Positions 52,489 through 64,000 of a stretch of 64,000 bases of DNA are shown piece by piece. The notes beneath the pieces were generated by a model, which was given only the letters and a program-made list of their open reading frames with translations, ran no database searches and was not told the DNA's origin. The stretch covers positions 1-64,000 of the forward strand of contig CAWJRJ010000012.1 in the NCBI GenBank assembly GCA_963845245.1, read 5' to 3'. The stretch comes from Nitrospirota bacterium. Its GTDB lineage: Bacteria > Nitrospirota > JACRHJ01. Numbering within the stretch: position 1 is the stretch's first letter; each line of letters starts with the position of its first letter. The position numbers and the translations under genes were made by a program.

Positions 52489-53570
52489 TGCTGTATCACC
52501 TGCTTTATCCATTGCACGAACAATACCACGTGTTCAACGTGTTCAGGTATATCACGTTCCGTTTTGCGTCCGCGATTTTGACTGCGCTTCTTATAAGCTT
52601 TATATTCGGCCCCGCTGTGATCAGGAAGCTTCGGGAGTTGAAGGTGGGCCAGCAGGTCAGGTGCGACGGACCTGAGACTCACCTCTGCAAGGCCGGCACT
52701 CCCACGATGGGCGGGATACTGATACTGATGGCGGTCGTCATTCCTACGCTGCTATGGTCAGACCTGCAGAATATCTACGTATGGCTTGTAATAGCGGCAA
52801 CGCTTTGTTTCGGCGCGGTCGGGTTTTACGACGACTACCTGAAGGTCGTCCGCAAGAAGTCCGAAGGCCTGAAGGCGCGGTACAAATTCGGCTGGCAGGT
52901 ACTGATAAGTTTGTGCATCGGGCTTGCGCTTTATTTCAACCCGCTCGACCCGTACAAGACGATGCTGTCGATACCGTTTTTCAAGTCCTGGATAATCAAC
53001 CTGGCATGGTTCTATGTGCCGTTCGTGGTGCTGGTCCTGGTCGGTTCGTCGAATGCAGTAAACCTGACCGACGGCCTTGACGGGCTTGCAATCGGGCTGG
53101 TCGGAATAGCCGCGACCGCGAACGCACTTCTGGTATACGTAACCGGCAACAAGGTGTTCGCAAGCTATCTGCAGGTGATGTACCTGCCCGGTACAGGTGA
53201 GCTTACTGTTTTCTGCGGCGCGCTCATGGGGGCTAGCCTTGGCTTCCTCTGGTACAACTCGCACCCGGCCGAAGTGTTCATGGGCGACGTCGGGAGCCTG
53301 TCGCTGGGTGGTGCGCTCGGCATGCTTGCGATCCTTACCAAGCACGAGATGATACTTGTCATAGTGGGAGGTATATTCGTGGTAGAGGCGCTCTCGGTTA
53401 TTTTTCAGGTCGCATCGTTTAAAAGCCGGGGCAAGCGGATATTCCGGATGGCGCCGGTACACCATCACTTTGAGCAGATAGGATGGGCCGAGTCCAAGGT
53501 TATCGTGCGGTTCTGGCTTGTAGGCATAATACTGGCACTTGTCGGGCTCAGCACCCTTAAACTTCGCTAG
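52488..53570 (+). CDS. mraY: Phospho-MurNAc-pentapeptide transferase
   Basis: [39 protein letters not shown]. Confidence 0.97.
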   Translation: MLYHLLYPLHEQYHVFNVFRYITFRFASAILTALLISFIFGPAVIRKLRELKVGQQVRCDGPETHLCKAGTPTMGGILILMAVVIPTLLWSDLQNIYVWLVIAATLCFGAVGFYDDYLKVVRKKSEGLKARYKFGWQVLISLCIGLALYFNPLDPYKTMLSIPFFKSWIINLAWFYVPFVVLVLVGSSNAVNLTDGLDGLAIGLVGIAATANALLVYVTGNKVFASYLQVMYLPGTGELTVFCGALMGASLGFLWYNSHPAEVFMGDVGSLSLGGALGMLAILTKHEMILVIVGGIFVVEALSVIFQVASFKSRGKRIFRMAPVHHHFEQIGWAESKVIVRFWLVGIILALVGLSTLKLR

Positions 53571-53586
53571 CATCAGGGAGCACAAA

Positions 53587-54522
53587 ATGAAAAAAGTTTT
53601 CTTATGTCTTTTAAGCGCACTTCTCCTTACATCATTAGCCGCAAACTTTGCGTTTGCCGAGGACGACGACTTTTCGGTGTCGGCAAAGGCGGCGGTCGTG
53701 ATGGACGCCGAGACAGGCAAGGTCATAATCTCAAGGAACATGGACATGAAACTCCAGCCGGCATCCACCACCAAGGTGATGACTGCCATAGTCGCCATGG
53801 AGAGGACGAAGCCGACGGACGTGTTCAAGGTCAGCAAGTACGCTTCGTTGATGTCTCCGTCCAAGGTGTACCTCCGCCCCGGCGACGAGGTTACGGTCGA
53901 GGCGCTGCTTTACTCTATGCTCCTGAAAAGCGCGAACGACAGCGCCGCTGCGATCGCGGAAGGCGTCGGGGGAAGCGAGCCCGCATTCGCAAAAATGATG
54001 ACCGACAAGGCACACGAGATCGGAGCGCTGAATTCAAACTTCAGGAACGCGAGCGGGCTTCCCGCGGACGACCATTACACCACCGCTTATGACTTGGCAC
54101 TGATACTGCGGTATGCGATGAGGAGCGAGAGGTTCATGACAATTTCCTCCACCAAGTTCGCCACGCTGAACATGGGCGAGAAGGAGAGGATGTTGTTAAA
54201 GAACCACAACAAGCTGCTGTGGTTCTACGACGGGGCAGGCGCGGGCAAGACCGGCTACACCGTTGCGGCGCGCCACTGCTACGTCGGCGAGGCGTACTGC
54301 AGCAACACCAGGCTGATTGTCGCGGTGCTTAAGAGCCAGGACCTGTGGGGCGACACGAAGAAACTTTTGGACAAGGGCTTCGAGCTGGCAATGACCGGCC
54401 AGACGCTCGCGATGGCGGACACGCCGAACGACGAGCCTGTCATAAGGAAGGCCTCCTATAAGGTTCATAAAAGGGCAGCGCATAAAAAGGTTCACCGCAA
54501 GAAGAGGCGAAGGACATATTGA
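53587..54522 (+). CDS. D-alanyl-D-alanine carboxypeptidase (peptidase S11)
   Basis: Signal peptide; PASTTK (SxxK), SAND (SxN), KTGYT; basic C-terminal tail. Confidence 0.92.
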   Translation: MKKVFLCLLSALLLTSLAANFAFAEDDDFSVSAKAAVVMDAETGKVIISRNMDMKLQPASTTKVMTAIVAMERTKPTDVFKVSKYASLMSPSKVYLRPGDEVTVEALLYSMLLKSANDSAAAIAEGVGGSEPAFAKMMTDKAHEIGALNSNFRNASGLPADDHYTTAYDLALILRYAMRSERFMTISSTKFATLNMGEKERMLLKNHNKLLWFYDGAGAGKTGYTVAARHCYVGEAYCSNTRLIVAVLKSQDLWGDTKKLLDKGFELAMTGQTLAMADTPNDEPVIRKASYKVHKRAAHKKVHRKKRRRTY

Positions 54523-55883
54523 TAGAAAAATCCGCAAGATATTTTAAAGGAAAACGGATCACGGTAATGGGCCTCGCCAGGAGCGGGGTCGGGGCGACCA
54601 ACCTTTTGCATTCGCTTGGGGCCGCCGTTACAGTTACGGACTCTAAGACCGAAGAATCGTTAAAATCTTTCTCTGATAGCCTCACGCAAGGCATTCAAAA
54701 GGTACTGGGTTCCCACCCGGACGAGCTTTTTACAAAGGCTGACCTCATTGTCGTCTCGCCCGGCGTACCTCTCACGGTCCCGCCGCTTACGAAGGCGCGT
54801 GAGGCCGGCGTAGAGATAATCGGCGAACTCGAACTTGCCTTCCTCGTCTCGAATTCTCCATTCATAGCTATCACCGGCACTAACGGGAAATCCACCACCA
54901 CGTCGCTTACCGGCGAGATGCTTAAGGCCGCCGGGATGAAGACTTATGTCGGCGGCAACCTGGGCAACGCGCTTACCGAGGAGCCGGAGAGACTTGCGGG
55001 TCGGGACTTCATAGTAGCTGAGGTTTCGAGCTTCCAGCTTGAGGCGATAAGGGAGTTCCGTCCGAAGATATCCGCTGTACTGAATATTACCCAGGACCAC
55101 CTGGACCGCTACGCAGACATGGCAGGATATGCCGAAGCCAAGGCCGCCGTGTTCAGGAACCAGAAGGACGGCGACGTGCTCGTACTGAATGCGGACGACC
55201 CTCCGACTGCCGCGCTCAAGGATAGAGCTTCATGCAATGTCGTCTGGTTCTCAAGGAAGAGCAACGTTGAAGACGGCGTGTATCTGAAAAATGGCGTTGT
55301 TACTGCTGTGTCAGGTGGCAAGGATACCGCGGTCATTCCGTCGGAAGAGGTAATGATAAAGGGCGCGCACAACATTGAGAACGCGATGGCCGCAGCGGCG
55401 ATATCACTTTCGGCTGGTGTCAGTCCAGAGGTTATTGCAAAGGTGCTGCGCGAGTTCCCCGGGCTTGAGCACCGCATGGAGTTCGTGCGCGAGCTGGACG
55501 GAGTAATCTATATCAACGACTCGAAGGGGACCAACGTCGGCGCTGTAGAGAAGTCGCTTGAGAGCTTCAAGCAGCCGGTGATACTCATCGCGGGAGGGCT
55601 TGACAAGCACAGCGATTTTGCGCCACTCGCGCCGGTCGTAAAGGAGCGTGTAAAGAAGCTCATACTTATAGGCAGGGCCGCGGACGTCATGAACGATGCG
55701 CTCGGAGCACAGACTGACACAGTCCTCGCGGCAACCCTCGCGGATGCCGTGAAGCTGTCAAGGGATTCCGCCTCACCCGGCGATGTTGTACTGCTTTCGC
55801 CCGCGTGCGCGAGCTTTGATATGTTCAAGGATTTTGAAGACCGAGGCCGCCAGTTCAAGAATCTGGTAAATTCACTTAATTAG
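54519..55883 (+). CDS. murD: UDP-MurNAc-L-Ala--D-Glu ligase
   Basis: VSPGVP, GTNGKSTT, EVSSFQL, NDSKGTN, SPACASFD. Confidence 0.97.
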   Translation: MIEKSARYFKGKRITVMGLARSGVGATNLLHSLGAAVTVTDSKTEESLKSFSDSLTQGIQKVLGSHPDELFTKADLIVVSPGVPLTVPPLTKAREAGVEIIGELELAFLVSNSPFIAITGTNGKSTTTSLTGEMLKAAGMKTYVGGNLGNALTEEPERLAGRDFIVAEVSSFQLEAIREFRPKISAVLNITQDHLDRYADMAGYAEAKAAVFRNQKDGDVLVLNADDPPTAALKDRASCNVVWFSRKSNVEDGVYLKNGVVTAVSGGKDTAVIPSEEVMIKGAHNIENAMAAAAISLSAGVSPEVIAKVLREFPGLEHRMEFVRELDGVIYINDSKGTNVGAVEKSLESFKQPVILIAGGLDKHSDFAPLAPVVKERVKKLILIGRAADVMNDALGAQTDTVLAATLADAVKLSRDSASPGDVVLLSPACASFDMFKDFEDRGRQFKNLVNSLN

Positions 55884-55885
55884 TC

Positions 55886-55915
55886 GTACCTTTCTTTTAC
55901 GAGAAAGAAAGGTAC
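55886..55915. repeat. Intergenic perfect 12-bp hairpin (REP-like)
   Basis: GTACCTTTCTTT-TACGAG-AAAGAAAGGTAC. Confidence 0.7.
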
Positions 55916-55941
55916 CCAAAGAAAACGGCAACTTAAAAGTT

Positions 55942-57081
55942 ATGTTTAAGCGCTTACAGGAAGACAGGCTGTTGTTGCTCTCGACGCTGATACTCGTCGC
56001 GTTCGGGCTGCTGATGGTTTACTCAGCCAGCTCGGTAATGGCGCTGAGGCGTTACGGGGACTCCGCCTATTTCCTGAAACGCCAGGCAATATGGGCGGGC
56101 GGCGGCCTGGTCGCGATGTACGTGGCCTGGAAGATGGATTACAGGAAGTTCAAGTATATATCGCTCCCGTTGCTTGCGGTGATGTTCATCCTTCTTGTGC
56201 TTGTTCTTGTGCCGGGCATAGGGGCGGAGATAAATGGTGCGAAGAGGTGGGTGCGGATCGCCGGACTTTCGTTCCAGCCGTCGGAGTTTGCGAAGCTTGT
56301 GCTGATAGTGGTCGTTGCGGCGTCGCTTGCGAAGCGCGCCGACAAGCTTTCCGACTTCTGGTTCGGGTTGGGGCCGTACCTGCTGCTCTCGGGTGCGTTC
56401 ATGCTGCTTATAGTAATAGAGCCTGATCTTGGCACTGCGGCCGCTTTGGGTGTAGTCATAATAACCATGCTGTTCGTGGCAGGGGCGAAGCCCGCGCATA
56501 TGCTCTACATGGGGCTTGCTGTAACGCCGGTGCTCTACTACGAGCTTATGCATGTCAGCTTCAGGCTGAAGAGGCTTATGGTGTATATAGACCCGTGGCA
56601 GGACCCGCTTGGGAAGGGCTTCCAGACGATACAGTCCTTCCTCGCGTTCGGCGGCGGCGGGCTTACCGGTCTTGGGCTTGGCGAGAGCAGGCAGAAGCTC
56701 CTGTTCCTGCCCGAGCCGCACAGCGACTTCATCTTCTCGGTGATAGGCGAGGAGTTCGGGCTATTGGGAGCAATGGCTGTTGCGCTGCTGTTCGCGCTCT
56801 TTACGCTTTGCGGCATAAGGCTTGCCCTGAAGTGCCAGGACAGGTTCGGCAGCCTCCTCGCGTTCGGGCTTACCCTGATGATTGGGCTGCAGTCGATTAT
56901 AAACATGGGCGTGACCACAGGCCTTTTTCCGAACAAGGGGATGCCGCTTCCGTTCATAAGTGCCGGAGGCTCGTCCATATTCGTCGCGCTGCTTTCGGTG
57001 GGCATGCTCCTGAGCATCGCCAGGGGCAACGGCTCGCGGGTTGGGGGCGAAGGCGGCCCGTCCATGCAGGCGGCCAGGTAA
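55942..57081 (+). CDS. ftsW: SEDS peptidoglycan polymerase FtsW
   Basis: MVYSAS, GAKRW, FQPSEFAK, LPEPHSDFIF, PF-S-GGSS. Confidence 0.96.
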   Translation: MFKRLQEDRLLLLSTLILVAFGLLMVYSASSVMALRRYGDSAYFLKRQAIWAGGGLVAMYVAWKMDYRKFKYISLPLLAVMFILLVLVLVPGIGAEINGAKRWVRIAGLSFQPSEFAKLVLIVVVAASLAKRADKLSDFWFGLGPYLLLSGAFMLLIVIEPDLGTAAALGVVIITMLFVAGAKPAHMLYMGLAVTPVLYYELMHVSFRLKRLMVYIDPWQDPLGKGFQTIQSFLAFGGGGLTGLGLGESRQKLLFLPEPHSDFIFSVIGEEFGLLGAMAVALLFALFTLCGIRLALKCQDRFGSLLAFGLTLMIGLQSIINMGVTTGLFPNKGMPLPFISAGGSSIFVALLSVGMLLSIARGNGSRVGGEGGPSMQAAR

Positions 57082-57082
57082 T

Positions 57083-58174
57083 ATGAAAAGGCTTCTGATA
57101 GCAGGCGGCGGTACCGGCGGGCATCTGTACCCGGGCGTTGCGGTTGCGATGGAGGCCCAGAAAGAAGGTATCGAGGTGCTGTTCATCGGCACCGAGAAGG
57201 GTATCGAGGCAAGGGTACTAAAAAAAGAAGGATTTAAACTCAGGACTATCAAGGCGGGACGGCTAAAGGGTATGGGGATGGCTGAAAAGATAAGGACACT
57301 GACAGGCATTCCTGGCGGCATATTCCAGGCGGCCGGGATAATCAGGGAGTTTGGACCGCAGGCCGTGATAGGCGTGGGCGGGTACGCATCGTTCCCCGCA
57401 GTCGCCGCCGCGAGGCTGACGGGCATACCCGTTGTGATTCAGGAGCAGAATGCATACCCGGGCCTTACCAACAGGATACTGGGCAAGATAGCGGATGCGG
57501 TCGCAATCGGGTTTGAGGATGCCGCGGGTTTTTTCCCGAAAGGCAGGTCGGTGTTCACCGGTAACCCGATACGCGGCGGGATGCTTGCGACAGACAGAGG
57601 CGCGGCGCTTGATGCGTGGGGACTTAAGCACGGTATGTTCACCGTACTGGTGTTCGGCGGAAGCGGCGGCGCGCATACAATAAATAAAGGGATGACCGAC
57701 GCCCTTGCAGTGCTTGCCGGGCTTGAAGGCAGCATGCAGTTCATACACCAGACCGGAGAAAAGGACCTGAAGATGGTGGAGGACGCATATGCGGGCACCG
57801 GGTTTACGGCTAAGGTCAGCCCGTTCATATACGACATGGCAGGCGCCTATGCATGCGCCGACCTGGTAGTCTGCCGATCAGGAGCGCTCACGCTTGCGGA
57901 GTTGACGGCGCTCGGGAAGCCGGCGTTGCTGGTCCCGTACCCGTTCGCTGCGAACAACCATCAGGTGGCAAACGCGCGTTCTCTTGAGAAGTCCGGCGCC
58001 GCGAAGGTAATTGTGGACGGCGAAGCAACGGGCGAGAGGCTTGCCTCTGAGATAAAGGGTCTTATGGATGACAATGACGCGCTGGCCGTGATGTCCGGCA
58101 GGTGCCTTGCGCTTGGGAAACCGGGTGCGGCCAGCGCTGTATTACAGCTTGTTAAAAGCTTGATGAAAGGCTGA
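57083..58174 (+). CDS. murG: Lipid II GlcNAc transferase
   Basis: GGGTGGH-YP, GGY-S, EQN, GNPIR, GGS-GA. Confidence 0.96.
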   Translation: MKRLLIAGGGTGGHLYPGVAVAMEAQKEGIEVLFIGTEKGIEARVLKKEGFKLRTIKAGRLKGMGMAEKIRTLTGIPGGIFQAAGIIREFGPQAVIGVGGYASFPAVAAARLTGIPVVIQEQNAYPGLTNRILGKIADAVAIGFEDAAGFFPKGRSVFTGNPIRGGMLATDRGAALDAWGLKHGMFTVLVFGGSGGAHTINKGMTDALAVLAGLEGSMQFIHQTGEKDLKMVEDAYAGTGFTAKVSPFIYDMAGAYACADLVVCRSGALTLAELTALGKPALLVPYPFAANNHQVANARSLEKSGAAKVIVDGEATGERLASEIKGLMDDNDALAVMSGRCLALGKPGAASAVLQLVKSLMKG

Positions 58175-58179
58175 GGAAA

Positions 58180-59562
58180 TTGTACAAGAAATTCCGTCAT
58201 ATACATTTCGTTGGGATAGGCGGCGTCGGGATGAGCGGCATCGCGGAGGTCCTTTTGAACCTCGACTACAAGGTGAGCGGGTCCGACCTTCGGGCCTCTG
58301 AGACAACGCAGAGGCTTGAGTCGCTCGGCGCGACAATATTTATAGGACACCGCGCGGAGAACGTGGACGATGCTCATGTCGTGGTCGTTTCCTCTGCGGT
58401 GAAGGCGGACAACCCCGAATATGCAGCGGCCAAGGAAAGACAGGTCCCTGTCATACCGCGCGCAGAGATGCTCGCAGAGCTTATGCGCCTGAAATACGGC
58501 ATAGCGGTTGCGGGCGCGCACGGCAAGACCACAACTACATCGATGGTTGCTACGGTCCTCGCGAAGGGCGGCATAGACCCGACGGTCGTGATAGGCGGAA
58601 AGCTGAACAGCCTCAGCTCGGGCGCGAAGCTCGGGCAGGGCGAGTTCCTCGTAGCCGAGGCGGACGAGTCTGATGGAAGTTTCCTGCTGCTCTCACCAAC
58701 GATTGCCGTCGTAACAAACATCGACGAAGAACACCTCGACCACTACACCGGGGGCATAGAACAGATAAAGGATGCATTCCTGGAATTCATCAACAAGATA
58801 CCGTTCTACGGGCTGGCGATACTGTGCCTGGACGAGAAGCACATACAGGACCTGATACCGCAGATCAAGAAAAGGTACAGTACCTACGGGCTCACCACGC
58901 AGGCCGACACATATGCGCGCGACATAGAGTTTAAAGGCATGGGCTCGCGGTTCGAGGTCTTCCACAAGGGACAGAGCATTGGCATGTTCGAGCTTGCGGT
59001 GCCGGGTCTTCACAGCGTATACAACGCGCTCGCGGCGATTGCCGTGGGGCTTGAGCTTGATATGGACGTGGACACCATACGCGAGGCGCTGAAAGAGTTC
59101 GGCGGCCTGCACAGAAGGTTCTACGTAAAGGGTGAGGTGAACGGCGTGATGGTGGTGGACGACTACGGGCATCACCCGACCGAGATAAAGGCTACGCTTG
59201 CGGGCGCGAAGATAGGCTGGGACAGGCGCACTTTCGTTGTGTTCCAGCCGCACAGGTACACTCGCACCCGCGACCTGATGAAGGAGTTTTTCACCGCGTT
59301 CAACCAGGCCGACAGGCTGGTGGTGATGGATATATACCCGGCAGGCGAGAAGCCCATCGAGGGCGTTTCAGCGAAGATGCTGCTCGACGGCATCAAGAGC
59401 CGCGGACACAAGGACGCCACGCTCATCGAGGACCCGGCAGAAGTCGTGGACTGGGTAGCGAAGAACGTCGAGCCGGGCGACATTTTGATAACGCTTGGTG
59501 CGGGCGACGTCTGGAAGGTCGGCGAGGCGGTGCTTGGCAGGTTGAAGGAACATGAGGCCTGA
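58180..59562 (+). CDS. murC: UDP-MurNAc--L-Ala ligase
   Basis: [39 protein letters not shown]. Confidence 0.97.
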   Translation: MYKKFRHIHFVGIGGVGMSGIAEVLLNLDYKVSGSDLRASETTQRLESLGATIFIGHRAENVDDAHVVVVSSAVKADNPEYAAAKERQVPVIPRAEMLAELMRLKYGIAVAGAHGKTTTTSMVATVLAKGGIDPTVVIGGKLNSLSSGAKLGQGEFLVAEADESDGSFLLLSPTIAVVTNIDEEHLDHYTGGIEQIKDAFLEFINKIPFYGLAILCLDEKHIQDLIPQIKKRYSTYGLTTQADTYARDIEFKGMGSRFEVFHKGQSIGMFELAVPGLHSVYNALAAIAVGLELDMDVDTIREALKEFGGLHRRFYVKGEVNGVMVVDDYGHHPTEIKATLAGAKIGWDRRTFVVFQPHRYTRTRDLMKEFFTAFNQADRLVVMDIYPAGEKPIEGVSAKMLLDGIKSRGHKDATLIEDPAEVVDWVAKNVEPGDILITLGAGDVWKVGEAVLGRLKEHEA

Positions 59563-60472
59563 GGCCGTCCTTAAGGACGCCGGGTTTGCCGGTGAGGTCA
59601 GGCTTTCCGAGCCGATGTCGAAGCATACATCACTCGGGATCGGCGGACCCGCAGAGGCGATGGCCTACCCTGAGAGCATGGAAGAACTGGCAAGGCTGAC
59701 AGGCATTGCGAACAAGAACGGCGTCCCGGTTTTTTATCTCGGGAACGGGACGAACATACTGGTGCTGGACGGGGGGATACCCGGACTGGTCATAAACATG
59801 AAGAAGCTCGACTGGCTTGAACTCCAGCACGGCGGAGCAGGCACCTCACAGGTGCATGCGGGCGCGGGCGTCATGCTCCCGAGGCTGGTTTCGTACTGCA
59901 CCGAAAACGGGCTGACCGGGCTTGAGTTTCTGGCCGGGATACCGGGCACCGTCGGTGGTGCCATCTCGATGAACGCGGGCACCAAAGAGGCAGAGATGAA
60001 GGATGTGCTCACTTCCGTGACGGTCATAGGCAAGGACGGGACAATCGAGAAAAAGATGCCGTCTGAGCTTGATATGCAATACAGGCGCACCGGGATACCG
60101 GCGGATTCGGTTGTCGCGGATTCATCCTTCGCGGTGCTGCCCTGGCCCAAGGAAGAGGTGAAGGAGAAGGTTGCTGCGAATATCAGAATGCGCAAGGCGA
60201 CTCAGCCGGCAGGAGTCAGGAGCGCGGGCTCCACGTTCAAGAACCCGCCCGGATACTCTGCCTGGAAACTGATTGACATGGCCGGCATGAGGGGGAAGCA
60301 GGTGGGGCATGCACAGGTGAGCACGATGCATACGAACTTCCTGATAAACCTGGGCGGCGCTACCGCGAGTGACTTCAAGGCCCTGATGGACATGGTGATA
60401 AAGGCGGTCCAGGACAAGCTTAACATAACCCTGGAACCGGAAATAAAAATAGTAGGGGTAGAATTGACATGA
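59552..60472 (+). CDS. murB: UDP-N-acetylenolpyruvoylglucosamine reductase
   Basis: [35 protein letters not shown]. Confidence 0.96.
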   Translation: MRPEAVLKDAGFAGEVRLSEPMSKHTSLGIGGPAEAMAYPESMEELARLTGIANKNGVPVFYLGNGTNILVLDGGIPGLVINMKKLDWLELQHGGAGTSQVHAGAGVMLPRLVSYCTENGLTGLEFLAGIPGTVGGAISMNAGTKEAEMKDVLTSVTVIGKDGTIEKKMPSELDMQYRRTGIPADSVVADSSFAVLPWPKEEVKEKVAANIRMRKATQPAGVRSAGSTFKNPPGYSAWKLIDMAGMRGKQVGHAQVSTMHTNFLINLGGATASDFKALMDMVIKAVQDKLNITLEPEIKIVGVELT

Positions 60473-61407
60473 TCGATGCGTTGGCAAAGAAGAAAATTGG
60501 CGTGATAATGGGCGGCCTCTCGGCCGAGAAGGATGTATCCATGACCTCCGGCGGCGCGGTAATGGCCGCCCTCGAGGGGGCCGGCTACAACGTGCACCCC
60601 ATATACTTCAACGGCCCCGGTGTCATAGACGAGATACGCAATGTATCGCCCGATGTCGTGTTCCTTGCGCTCCACGGCCGATACGGAGAGGACGGGACGA
60701 TACAGGGGCTGCTCGAGATAATGGGTATACCCTACACCGGCTCGGGTGTGGCGGGTTCCGCACTTGCGATGGACAAGTCCGTCACCAAAAAACTTCTCAA
60801 ATATCACGGTATACCGACCGCCGAGTTTGTGACGCTCTGGAAGGACAGGTTCGACCCGAAGAACACAATGGCCGAATGCATCGGATACCCGCTGGTGGTA
60901 AAGCCGTCCACGCTTGGCTCGACCATAGGCATGAGCTTCGTTTACGAGGAGAAGGACCTGTTGCCTGCAATCGAGCAGGCGTTTAAGCACGACCGCGAAG
61001 TGCTGCTTGAAAAGTTCATCGAGGGCCGTGAGATAACGGCGGGGATACTCGACGGCCGGAAGCTCCCGCTGGTGGAGATAGTAACACCGAAGGGCGTGTA
61101 CGACTTTGAGGCAAAGTACGAGTCCCACGATACGATATATGTCTGCCCTGCGGAAGTAGACGAAAAGACCCGGGAGAAGCTTCAGGGTATGGCCTTGGAC
61201 GTGTTCAACCTTTTGCAAGGCCACAGCGTCGGGCGCGTCGATTTCAGACTCGATAAAGAGGGCAATCCTTACGTGCTTGAGATGAACACGCTGCCCGGGA
61301 TGACCGGCACCAGCCTTCTACCGAAGGCGGCGGCAGCCGTAGGGATAGATTTCCCAGGGCTTGTCGAAACAATACTTATGGGAGCATTTAAAAGAGATGC
61401 GCGGTAA
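60469..61407 (+). CDS. ddl: D-Ala-D-Ala ligase
   Basis: GG-S-E--VS, LHG-YGEDG, MDK, YDFEAKY, E-NTLPGMT. Confidence 0.96.
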   Translation: MIDALAKKKIGVIMGGLSAEKDVSMTSGGAVMAALEGAGYNVHPIYFNGPGVIDEIRNVSPDVVFLALHGRYGEDGTIQGLLEIMGIPYTGSGVAGSALAMDKSVTKKLLKYHGIPTAEFVTLWKDRFDPKNTMAECIGYPLVVKPSTLGSTIGMSFVYEEKDLLPAIEQAFKHDREVLLEKFIEGREITAGILDGRKLPLVEIVTPKGVYDFEAKYESHDTIYVCPAEVDEKTREKLQGMALDVFNLLQGHSVGRVDFRLDKEGNPYVLEMNTLPGMTGTSLLPKAAAAVGIDFPGLVETILMGAFKRDAR

Positions 61408-62252
61408 GGCTGTAAGGCCCAAGGCACGTATATCTAATAAGAGACGGCTGCTGAAGCTGCTTCCGCTGATGCTTGCTGATTGCGGCCGTGGTAGGCGCAA
61501 TAGTAGCCATACCGCTTGCGGCAAACGCAGCGTACAGGTATGTGTCCGCGCTCCCGTTCCTCTCTGTTAAGCAGGTCAAGGTAACTGGCCTCAAGTATGT
61601 GCGGAGCGAGGATTTTCTGGTTTACCTGGGCGACCCGAAGGGGACTGGAATATTGAAATACGACATGAAACAGGCAGTAGAGAAGGGTATGCAGCACCCG
61701 TGGATCAAATCTATTGTCGCCAGGCGGGACTTTCCGGGAACTGTGAGGCTGGAGGTTATAGAGAGGAAGCCAGCAGCCGTCGTGGCGACAGGTTCCGGCA
61801 ATTACCTCATAGACGGGGACGGCATCGCGATGGCCAGGATACCGGGCAGCGGTTGGGAGTTCCTGCCGGTCGTGGCATATCCTTCGGCGCATGGCCTGAG
61901 GCTGGTGGACGGGACAACAGCCGGCACGCTGAAAGCGGCGCTGGAGCTATTGACAGTCGCAAAGGCGGAGCCGTCCGAGAGGCTTGCAGGGGCGAGGGCA
62001 GCCATAGAAGCTGACGGCTCACCGAGCCTGATACTCAACGGCGCAAGGGTCATGGTCGGCAAGGATGGTTTCGCGGAGAAGGTATGCAGGCTTGCGGAGA
62101 TATCGGGGGACATGCAGAAACGAGGGGTGAGGCCAACCATGATAGATCTGCGGTTTCCGGGCAAGGTCATAGTAAAAAACGGGGGCGCGGCTACAGACGG
62201 CAACGGCAATTCCGAGGTGGAAGGGGGGCGGATAGTTGGGCAAGCACGATAA
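61397..62252 (+). CDS. ftsQ: Cell division protein FtsQ/DivIB, apparent +1 frameshift near 61475
   Basis: Basic N-terminus, TM helix, POTRA-like PWI----RR-FP----ERKP, IDLRF; between ddl and ftsA; span = 3n+1. Confidence 0.88.
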
Positions 62253-63468
62253 CATAATCGTAGGGCTTGACATAGGCACCACCAAGATATGCGCGATAGT
62301 GGGCGAGGTGAAAGAGGACGGCCGGGTCGACATAATAGGCATCGGCAGCCACCCGTCGCGCGGCCTTCGGAAGGGCGTTGTAGTTAACATCGAGAGTACC
62401 GTCGAGTCCATAAAGAAGGCGGTTGAGGAGGCCGAGCTGATGGCCGGAGTGGAGATAAACGCGGTCTACACCGGCATCGCGGGCAACCACATAAAGAGCT
62501 TCAACAGCCGAGGCGTGATAGCGATCAAGGACCGCGAGATATCAAAGGCGGACGTGGAGCGCGTGATAGATGCGGCAAAGGCGGTTGCGATCCCGATGGA
62601 CAGGGAGGTGCTGCATGTTCTTCCGCAGGAGTTCACCATAGACGACCAGGACGGCATAAAGGAGCCGCTCGGCATGAGCGGGGTCAGGCTCGAGGCTGAG
62701 GTGCACATCATAACGGGCGCGGTCACATCCGCCCAGAACATCGTGAAGAGCTGTAACCGCGCCGGCCTCGACGTGCTGGACATCGTACTCGAGCCGCTTG
62801 CGTCAAGCTATTCCGTCTTGAGCCAGGATGAGAAGGAGCTTGGGGTAGCAGTCATTGACGTCGGCGGCGGCACCACGGATATTGCCATATTCCTTGAAGG
62901 CGGTATATGGCACACGGCAGTGCTGGGCATAGGCGGCAACCACCTTACGAACGACATTGCAGTCGGACTGAGGACGCCGTCCTCCGAGGCGGAGAAGATA
63001 AAGAAGAAGTACGGATGCGCCATGACGATGCTTGTCAGGGACGACGAGACCATAGAGGTCGCAAGCGTCGGAGGCCGCCCGCCGAGGGTGCTTTCACGCC
63101 AGGTGCTGTCAGAGATAATAGAGCCAAGGGTCGAGGAGATATTCGGTCTGGTACTGAAGGAGCTTAGGAAGACCGGCTTCGAGGAGCGCGTCGCGTCTGG
63201 CGTTGTGGTAACAGGCGGAACATCGATACTGGAAGGCATACCCGAGGCGGCAGAGCGCGTGATGGAGCTTCCGGCAAGGCGCGGGCTTCCGATGAACATC
63301 GGTGGCCTGGTTGATGTAGTGAACTCACCTATGTATGCGACCGGCGTCGGGCTGGTGCTTTTCGGGGCACAGCAGGCCGGGTCGGGTAAGGTAAGAAGGA
63401 TTTCGGATGGCAACCTATTTACTAAGGTTTTTAACCGTATGAAGGAATGGATGGAAGGATTTTTTTAA
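62236..63468 (+). CDS. ftsA: Cell division protein FtsA
   Basis: LDIGTTK, P-GMSGVRLE, DVGGGTTD, AEKIK, YATGVGL. Confidence 0.97.
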   Translation: MGKHDNIIVGLDIGTTKICAIVGEVKEDGRVDIIGIGSHPSRGLRKGVVVNIESTVESIKKAVEEAELMAGVEINAVYTGIAGNHIKSFNSRGVIAIKDREISKADVERVIDAAKAVAIPMDREVLHVLPQEFTIDDQDGIKEPLGMSGVRLEAEVHIITGAVTSAQNIVKSCNRAGLDVLDIVLEPLASSYSVLSQDEKELGVAVIDVGGGTTDIAIFLEGGIWHTAVLGIGGNHLTNDIAVGLRTPSSEAEKIKKKYGCAMTMLVRDDETIEVASVGGRPPRVLSRQVLSEIIEPRVEEIFGLVLKELRKTGFEERVASGVVVTGGTSILEGIPEAAERVMELPARRGLPMNIGGLVDVVNSPMYATGVGLVLFGAQQAGSGKVRRISDGNLFTKVFNRMKEWMEGFF

Positions 63469-63522
63469 GTTAACTGGGGTGGCCGGGGGCGGTTGCTCCA
63501 CACTCAATGAAAGGGGGCATTG

Positions 63523-64000
63523 ATGCTTGAGTTCTGCGAAGAAACCAGAAGGAGCGCCAACATCAAGGTAATCGGTGTAGGCGGGGGCGGCGGAAACGCA
63601 GTCAACACGATGATAGCCGCAGGGTTGACTGGGGTGGAGTTCATCACGGCCAACACGGACCTGCAGTCGCTGGAGAGGTCGCTTGCGTCGCAGAAGATCC
63701 AGATTGGCGCGCAGCTGACCCGAGGGCTTGGTGCAGGTGCAAACCCGACAGTCGGACGCCACGCGGCCCAGGAGGACGTGGACACGATCCGCGAAGCGCT
63801 GACAGGAGCCGACATGGTCTTCGTGACCTGCGGCATGGGCGGCGGTACCGGTACTGGCGCGGCCCCGGTGATCGCCCAGATAGCACGCGAGATGGGCGCG
63901 CTCACGGTCGCGGTCGTGACCAAGCCGTTCATGTTCGAAGGCAAGCAGAGGATGCGCCAGGCGGAACACGGCCTGGACGAATTGAAGAAGGCCGTCGATA
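63523..64000 (+). CDS. ftsZ: Cell division protein FtsZ (5' part, truncated by the window end)
   Basis: Hand translation: [51 protein letters not shown]. Confidence 0.97.
   Translation, partial: MLEFCEETRRSANIKVIGVGGGGGNAVNTMIAAGLTGVEFITANTDLQSLERSLASQKIQIGAQLTRGLGAGANPTVGRHAAQEDVDTIREALTGADMVFVTCGMGGGTGTGAAPVIAQIAREMGALTVAVVTKPFMFEGKQRMRQAEHGLDELKKAVD

Overview
Chromosomal 64 kb segment of a moderately GC-rich, probably anaerobic Gram-negative bacterium. The gene content looks Nitrospirota/Desulfobacterota-like, which is an inference. Left (1-11.3 kb): a heme-motif sensor kinase and sigma54 response regulator converge on a sigma54-promoter operon encoding three paralogous small Gly-rich membrane proteins, a 4Fe-4S protein, an NrfD-type anchor, a Tat-exported molybdopterin-oxidoreductase-like subunit that appears to lack its Mo-ligating Cys, and a 15-heme cytochrome with three c7-type repeats. 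An 11-heme cytochrome lies upstream. Middle: housekeeping and accessory genes (nadA, nadB, hflX, ABC parts, RND pump, multi-PAS kinase, HEAT and HD-GYP pair, protease with a stand-alone pro-domain paralog), a Fic/orphan antitoxin/HEPN-motif islet and a low-GC XamI-like restriction-modification pair bracketed by REP-like repeats. Right (43.5-64 kb): a perfect parS palindrome, an extra FtsZ/tubulin-like GTPase with a C-terminal HEAT-like domain, and the dcw cluster (mraZ to partial ftsZ) with a D,D-carboxypeptidase inserted between mraY and murD. About 17 apparent +1 frameshifts in 10 genes, including ftsQ, nadA and nadB, look like sequencing errors rather than pseudogenes. Family assignments come from motif recognition only; no searches were run.
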